A stretch of DNA of 64,000 bases, from NCBI GenBank assembly GCA_963708075.1, contig OY970194.1, positions 5,568,001-5,632,000 of the forward strand, given 5' to 3'. Every line of letters begins with the position of its first letter. The stretch's first letter is position 1. The notes beneath the pieces are model-generated. The model had not been told where the DNA came from and did not search any database. It worked only from the letters and a program-made list of their open reading frames with translations. The translations under genes were made by a program, and so were the position numbers. Below are positions 60,012-64,000 of this stretch, piece after piece. This DNA comes from Sedimentisphaerales bacterium. GTDB taxonomy: Bacteria > Planctomycetota > Phycisphaerae > Sedimentisphaerales > Anaerobacaceae.

Positions 60012-61511
60012 TCACGGTGTCTGCGTCACGAAGGCCCTGCGATCGCGCTTGCAGAGGATCTGAATCACATTGCGACCCGACATTGCGGCGGTGGGCACGC
60101 CGCCACCCGGCTCGACCCATTGTCCCGCCATGTAGAAGTTCTTCAGGCCGGGGAGAGTCTTGCTCATGTGGAAGGGAGGGAACGTCTTTTGTGTGATCAG
60201 CCAGCCCTCGAAGCTGCCTCGCCAGTTGCCGGTGTAGCGTTCCCAGGTGATGGGCGTGGCCACATCGTGCATTTCGACCTGGCCGGCCAAACCGGGATAA
60301 CGCTGATCGAGCAGGGCGATCACCTGGCCGGCGATTTTCCGCTTCTCCGCCTCGTATCGCTCGGGGTCCTGCCTCAACTCCTTCCAGTATTCATAATCGG
60401 AGGTGAGCATCACTTTCACGACCGTCTTGCCCGAGGGGGCCAGCGTTGGATCGAAGTTGTAGATCTCTACAGGGACATGCTTGTGTTCCCGCCCGCCGAT
60501 TGCGATGGATTCATCGAGAGGATAGATGACGGTCGACGGCAGCCCCTCGAACGACCGGGCGACGCCCAACGCCACATGGATCAAGGGAGGAAACAGAGGC
60601 AGTTCATCATAGTAGCCCCGGACCTTGTCGTTGATGTACCTGCCGCCCAACATATCGAAGATGGTTGCGTGACCATCGGCAGCGGAGATGGTAATGTCGC
60701 TGCGGTGCTCTGTTCCATCCGCCAGCCGAACACCTGCGGCTTTACCGTTCTCCACCATGATTTCGCTGACCTGTGAGCGATAGTGAATCTCTCCTCCCAG
60801 GTCCAGGTAACGCCGTTCGATGCGACGGGAAAACGCGAGTGAACCCCCCTGCGGATAGCCGGCGGATTTCCGATGCATCCAGGCCAGGACCATAATCACG
60901 GCCGCCATCGGAAAACCGGGCAGGTCGCCGAGCAGGGGAAGAACTTCCCGCAGGAATGGATCCGAAAACCTCTGGGCGTAATCCCGGGGCGTGAGCTTCT
61001 TCCACTTGGACATGATTCTCAGGAAGGGAAACATTCGAATCAGGAATCTGATTCCATGAATCATCCCGTACAACTCGGGCGCCCTGTCAACCGGCAGGTC
61101 GTATCTTGCACAGGCGCGTGCGGCCCCGGTCAGCTCCTCGATCACACGCGAGTCTTGAGGAGCGAGTTCCTTCATGTGCCGCTCCAGCTTGTCGATGTCC
61201 CGATAGACAACGAAGGCCTTGCCTCCTTTGCCCTCGATGCGCAGGTATTCTTCATGATCGATTATGCGCTGCCCCTGCACCGCGCCTAACTCCTCCCAGA
61301 TACGATAGAAACCGACGCCCGGCGAGGTACCCACCAGCCACGCTAAGCAGCCGTCGATGGTGTATCCCTTGCGTTTCCAGGAGGTGCATAATCCGCCGGG
61401 GCTGTCGTGCATCTCGAAGATCCGCGTTCGATAGCCGTTCATCTGCCCATAGCACCCGGTAGCCAGACCGGCGATGCCGGCCCCAACGACGGTGATCGAT
61501 TTCTGCTCCAT
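60012..61511 (-). CDS. NAD(P)/FAD-dependent oxidoreductase, phytoene-desaturase family
   Basis: VVGAGIAGL, PGGLCTSWKRKGYTIDG, NFYMAGQWVEPGGGVP. Confidence 0.9.
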   Translation of the reverse strand: MEQKSITVVGAGIAGLATGCYGQMNGYRTRIFEMHDSPGGLCTSWKRKGYTIDGCLAWLVGTSPGVGFYRIWEELGAVQGQRIIDHEEYLRIEGKGGKAFVVYRDIDKLERHMKELAPQDSRVIEELTGAARACARYDLPVDRAPELYGMIHGIRFLIRMFPFLRIMSKWKKLTPRDYAQRFSDPFLREVLPLLGDLPGFPMAAVIMVLAWMHRKSAGYPQGGSLAFSRRIERRYLDLGGEIHYRSQVSEIMVENGKAAGVRLADGTEHRSDITISAADGHATIFDMLGGRYINDKVRGYYDELPLFPPLIHVALGVARSFEGLPSTVIYPLDESIAIGGREHKHVPVEIYNFDPTLAPSGKTVVKVMLTSDYEYWKELRQDPERYEAEKRKIAGQVIALLDQRYPGLAGQVEMHDVATPITWERYTGNWRGSFEGWLITQKTFPPFHMSKTLPGLKNFYMAGQWVEPGGGVPTAAMSGRNVIQILCKRDRRAFVTQTP

Positions 61512-61552
61512 GGTTCTCGCCTCTCAGCATTCAGGCCGGGACACGCTGCACT

Positions 61553-62545
61553 CTACGGTTCCGTGGGCTTCTCGGGTTCCTTCTTGCTCATCTGGGTCTG
61601 GCTCAGGGCGGCCAGGCCGGTGATGGCGCCGAGGTTCATGGTGTCGAGGGCCGAGCTGGGGACGATGATCATCGAACCCTTCTCCTTGAGACCCTCGAAC
61701 AGCATGTTCATACCGCGAAGGTGCATGGCCCCCGGATTCGACTCGTATTGCTTGGCGGCTTGAGCGAACTTCTCGGCGATTTCGGTCTCCGCCGTGCCGA
61801 GGATGATTCGCGCCTGGCGCTCGCGCTCCGCCTGGGCCTGCTTGGACATCGCCGCCTCCAGGTCCTTGGGGATGATGATGTCGCGAATTTCTACCGACTG
61901 CACGGTGATGCCCCAGGGGTTGGTCTTCTCATCGAGGATTTCGCGCAGCCGACGGCCGAGTTCCCCGCGGTGAGTGAGCATGTCGGCGAGCTCATGCGTG
62001 CCGATGATGTCCCGCAGGGCCGTCTGGGCCGACAGCACGATGGCCAGGTAGAAATTCTGGACTTCCAGGACCGCCTTTTTCGCGTCCCAGACCATCCAGA
62101 AGCAGATCGCGTCGACGTTCACGGGTACGGTGTCCTTCGTCAGGGTCGATTCCGAGCTGAAATCGGTCGAGCGGATACGCATATCGACGATCTGGGCGAT
62201 GCTCTCGATAACGGGGATGATGAAGAACATGCCCGGGCCCTTGAGCCGGTGGAACTTGCCCAGCCGCAGGATCAGGACACGCTCCCACTGCCTGGCCACC
62301 TTCATGCTCAGTAGCATGAGGACTGCCACGAGGATCGTGACGGTCATAATACGGGCATCCAATGGCTCCAGACTGCCCTGCATCAGCCAGTGCACCCCTA
62401 ACCCCGCGGCCACAATGATGGCCGCCGCCAGCCAGGCAACGAACGGGATGTGCACCCCGGGGTTCCATTGCTGCATTCCGCTGTAGAGCTGCGAAAGTGA
62501 ACTAATCGCGTCTGCTGATGTTGTCTTCGCCTTGTTCTGTGCCAT
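61553..62545 (-). CDS. SPFH/slipin (stomatin-like) protein
   Basis: QWERVLILRLG, LTKDTVPVNVD, AQTALRDIIG, WGITVQSVEIRD, QAQAERERQAR. Confidence 0.93.
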   Translation of the reverse strand: MAQNKAKTTSADAISSLSQLYSGMQQWNPGVHIPFVAWLAAAIIVAAGLGVHWLMQGSLEPLDARIMTVTILVAVLMLLSMKVARQWERVLILRLGKFHRLKGPGMFFIIPVIESIAQIVDMRIRSTDFSSESTLTKDTVPVNVDAICFWMVWDAKKAVLEVQNFYLAIVLSAQTALRDIIGTHELADMLTHRGELGRRLREILDEKTNPWGITVQSVEIRDIIIPKDLEAAMSKQAQAERERQARIILGTAETEIAEKFAQAAKQYESNPGAMHLRGMNMLFEGLKEKGSMIIVPSSALDTMNLGAITGLAALSQTQMSKKEPEKPTEP

Positions 62546-62915
62546 GGTTAAGTCTCCCTTGCAGATGCTCAACAATGTCTTTGAGCGTCAGGTTGTATTG
62601 ATGTCCGCGAGCGACCAGCTCGTCACAAATCTGTTCCAACATGCGGCGTTGTTCCGCCTCGCCGATCTCGATCTGCTGGTCGCCGACGAAAGTGCCGGTG
62701 CCTTGCTCCGTATTGAGAATGCCGAGCAGCTCGAGGTCCGAGTAGGCCTTCCTCACCGTGTTGGGATTGACCTCGAGCTGGACAGCCAGCTCTCGTACCG
62801 TGGGCAACTGCTCGCCGGGGAGCAGTCGCCCCGAGGCAATCCCGTAGCGGATCTGATCGACAATCTGCCGGTGAAACGGCACGCCGCTCTTGAGATCCAG
62901 TTTGAAGTCAACCAT
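62502..62915 (-). CDS. GntR family regulator (YtrA subfamily)
   Basis: PFHRQIVDQI..GEQLPTVRELA..VNPNTVRKAY..GTGTFV with a short C-terminus. Confidence 0.92.
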   Translation of the reverse strand: MVDFKLDLKSGVPFHRQIVDQIRYGIASGRLLPGEQLPTVRELAVQLEVNPNTVRKAYSDLELLGILNTEQGTGTFVGDQQIEIGEAEQRRMLEQICDELVARGHQYNLTLKDIVEHLQGRLNHGTEQGEDNISRRD

Positions 62916-62960
62916 TTGCTGTCTCCATTCACTTACGTTCACCAGAGCTTTAGAAGTACA

Positions 62961-62982
62961 GTGTACTATTATTCTATAACAC
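62961..62982. promoter_or_regulatory. Candidate YtrA-type operator
   Basis: Imperfect inverted repeat GTGTACTA-N6-TATAACAC upstream of the GntR gene. Confidence 0.45.
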
Positions 62983-63270
62983 TATACGCAGCGGTCAATA
63001 GTAAGTGCCGCTTTCTCTCAAGAATTGCCACTCTTTCCCCTCTCGGAGGTTTGTAAGTGCTTGTTATACAATTACTTAAGGCTGTGCAAGACGCGATGAA
63101 AAAAAATCAGGACTGGTCTCCAAATGGCGGGAGTAATCGCGTGGGAGCGTTTCTCATACATGCGTTAGAGACTATCTCAAGACCGCACTCCGGCTTGTCA
63201 TTGCGAGCGTGGCGAAGCAATCTCCCACGCATAGGATTGAGATTGCCTCGTTGCTGCGCTCCTCCTAAGA

Positions 63271-63443
63271 AAACAGGTTGGGTTCGTCCCAAGTTGTTGA
63301 GTTTTGGGTGGCAGCGTCAAGCGCAGCTTGGCGATGGTCTTGCCCATTCGCCATCGCCAAGGCCTTCGGCCTTGACGCTGCCACCCGACTGCACAGCTTG
63401 CACAGGCTCGATCTCAAGGATTTGGGACGAACCCAACAGGTTT
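63271..63443. mobile_element. MITE-like element with ~31-bp imperfect terminal inverted repeats
   Basis: GTTGGGTTCGTCCCAA versus TTGGGACGAACCCAAC is a perfect 16-bp core; encloses a REP-like doublet. Confidence 0.55.
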
Positions 63444-63673
63444 GGCCAAGAACGGGACGAGTTGGTGTAAATACCGGGTACATCTTGAGTTACAGGGGGA
63501 CTCGTCACAGAGGCTGTTTCTTCCCGATACCAGCCGCCCAGCGGCGCAGGGACTCGCAATGACATTCACCGTTTTGAGACAGTCTCTTAAACGTTCCCCA
63601 GGTTCTTCAGGTCATCGTCACACGAGTGGTCACAAGCATCTGGCGGAATCAGCAAATTTCTTCTTGATAGCTT

Positions 63674-63696
63674 TACAACTGTAGAGTACTCTCGTA
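63674..63696. promoter_or_regulatory. BlaI/CopY-type operator (TACA-N2-TGTA) plus a degenerate second box
   Basis: TACAACTGTA and TACTCTCGTA just upstream of the regulator's SD. Confidence 0.6.
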
Positions 63697-63721
63697 AGCG
63701 TTAGAGCGAAAGGAGGTTCTC

Positions 63722-64000
63722 ATGGCTGCAAAACAATACGAGCTGACTGAGGCGGAATGGGACATCATCGAGGTGGTCTGGAAGCACGAGCCCTGCGCCG
63801 CCCCGACCGTCCAGGAGGAACTGGCCGCTCGCAAGAAGTGGACATATAGCACCGTGAAAACCCTGATGGACCGCATGGTCGCCAAGGGTTTTCTCACAAC
63901 CGAGCGCATTCGCAACCTGATCCTGTACCGCTCGGCGATCAGTCAAGAGGATGCGCAGCGGGGCGAGCTCATGCGCACCGCCAAGCGTGCCTTCGGCGGG
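63722..64000 (+). CDS. BlaI/MecI/CopY family regulator (runs off the window)
   Basis: SD AAGGAGG; MAAKQYELTEAEWDIIEVVW...WTYSTVKTLMDRMVAKGFL. Confidence 0.92.
   Translation, partial: MAAKQYELTEAEWDIIEVVWKHEPCAAPTVQEELAARKKWTYSTVKTLMDRMVAKGFLTTERIRNLILYRSAISQEDAQRGELMRTAKRAFGG

Overview
GC-rich bacterial DNA, most consistent with a planctomycete of the Phycisphaerae/Sedimentisphaerales type (H-X9-DG prepilin, VPAPGA-type sorting signal, lamin-tail/CotH proteins, DUF1080, HzsA-like protein); the taxonomy is inference. The dominant feature is a ~25 kb minus-strand MacAB-TolC-type locus (4932-30064). It holds one membrane-fusion protein, three ATPases, seven divergent ~800-aa duplicated MacB/FtsX (ADOP-like) permeases, the orphan 3' tip of an eighth, a catalytically degenerate beta-lactamase-fold protein and TolC. 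Two sigma-54 promoters with a shared 36-bp enhancer-like motif lie in the locus, and a sigma-54 two-component pair lies ~7-10 kb away. Many gene junctions carry inverted heptamer-repeat hairpins; one copy encloses a four-helix-bundle (23S-IVP/Avd-like) gene, the others are empty. Next comes a ~1500-aa protein fusing hydrazine-synthase alpha-like, beta-propeller and di-haem modules. The rest holds a repeat-rich accessory region (DUF5131, HNH-AP2), a CotH protein, peroxiredoxin, a TA/nuclease string, a Gfo-DUF1080-ThuA sugar cluster, GH28, a GntR-slipin operon and a partial BlaI regulator. Five single-base frameshifts in four long genes suggest long-read consensus errors. No rRNA, tRNA, CRISPR array, integrase or transposase was recognised.
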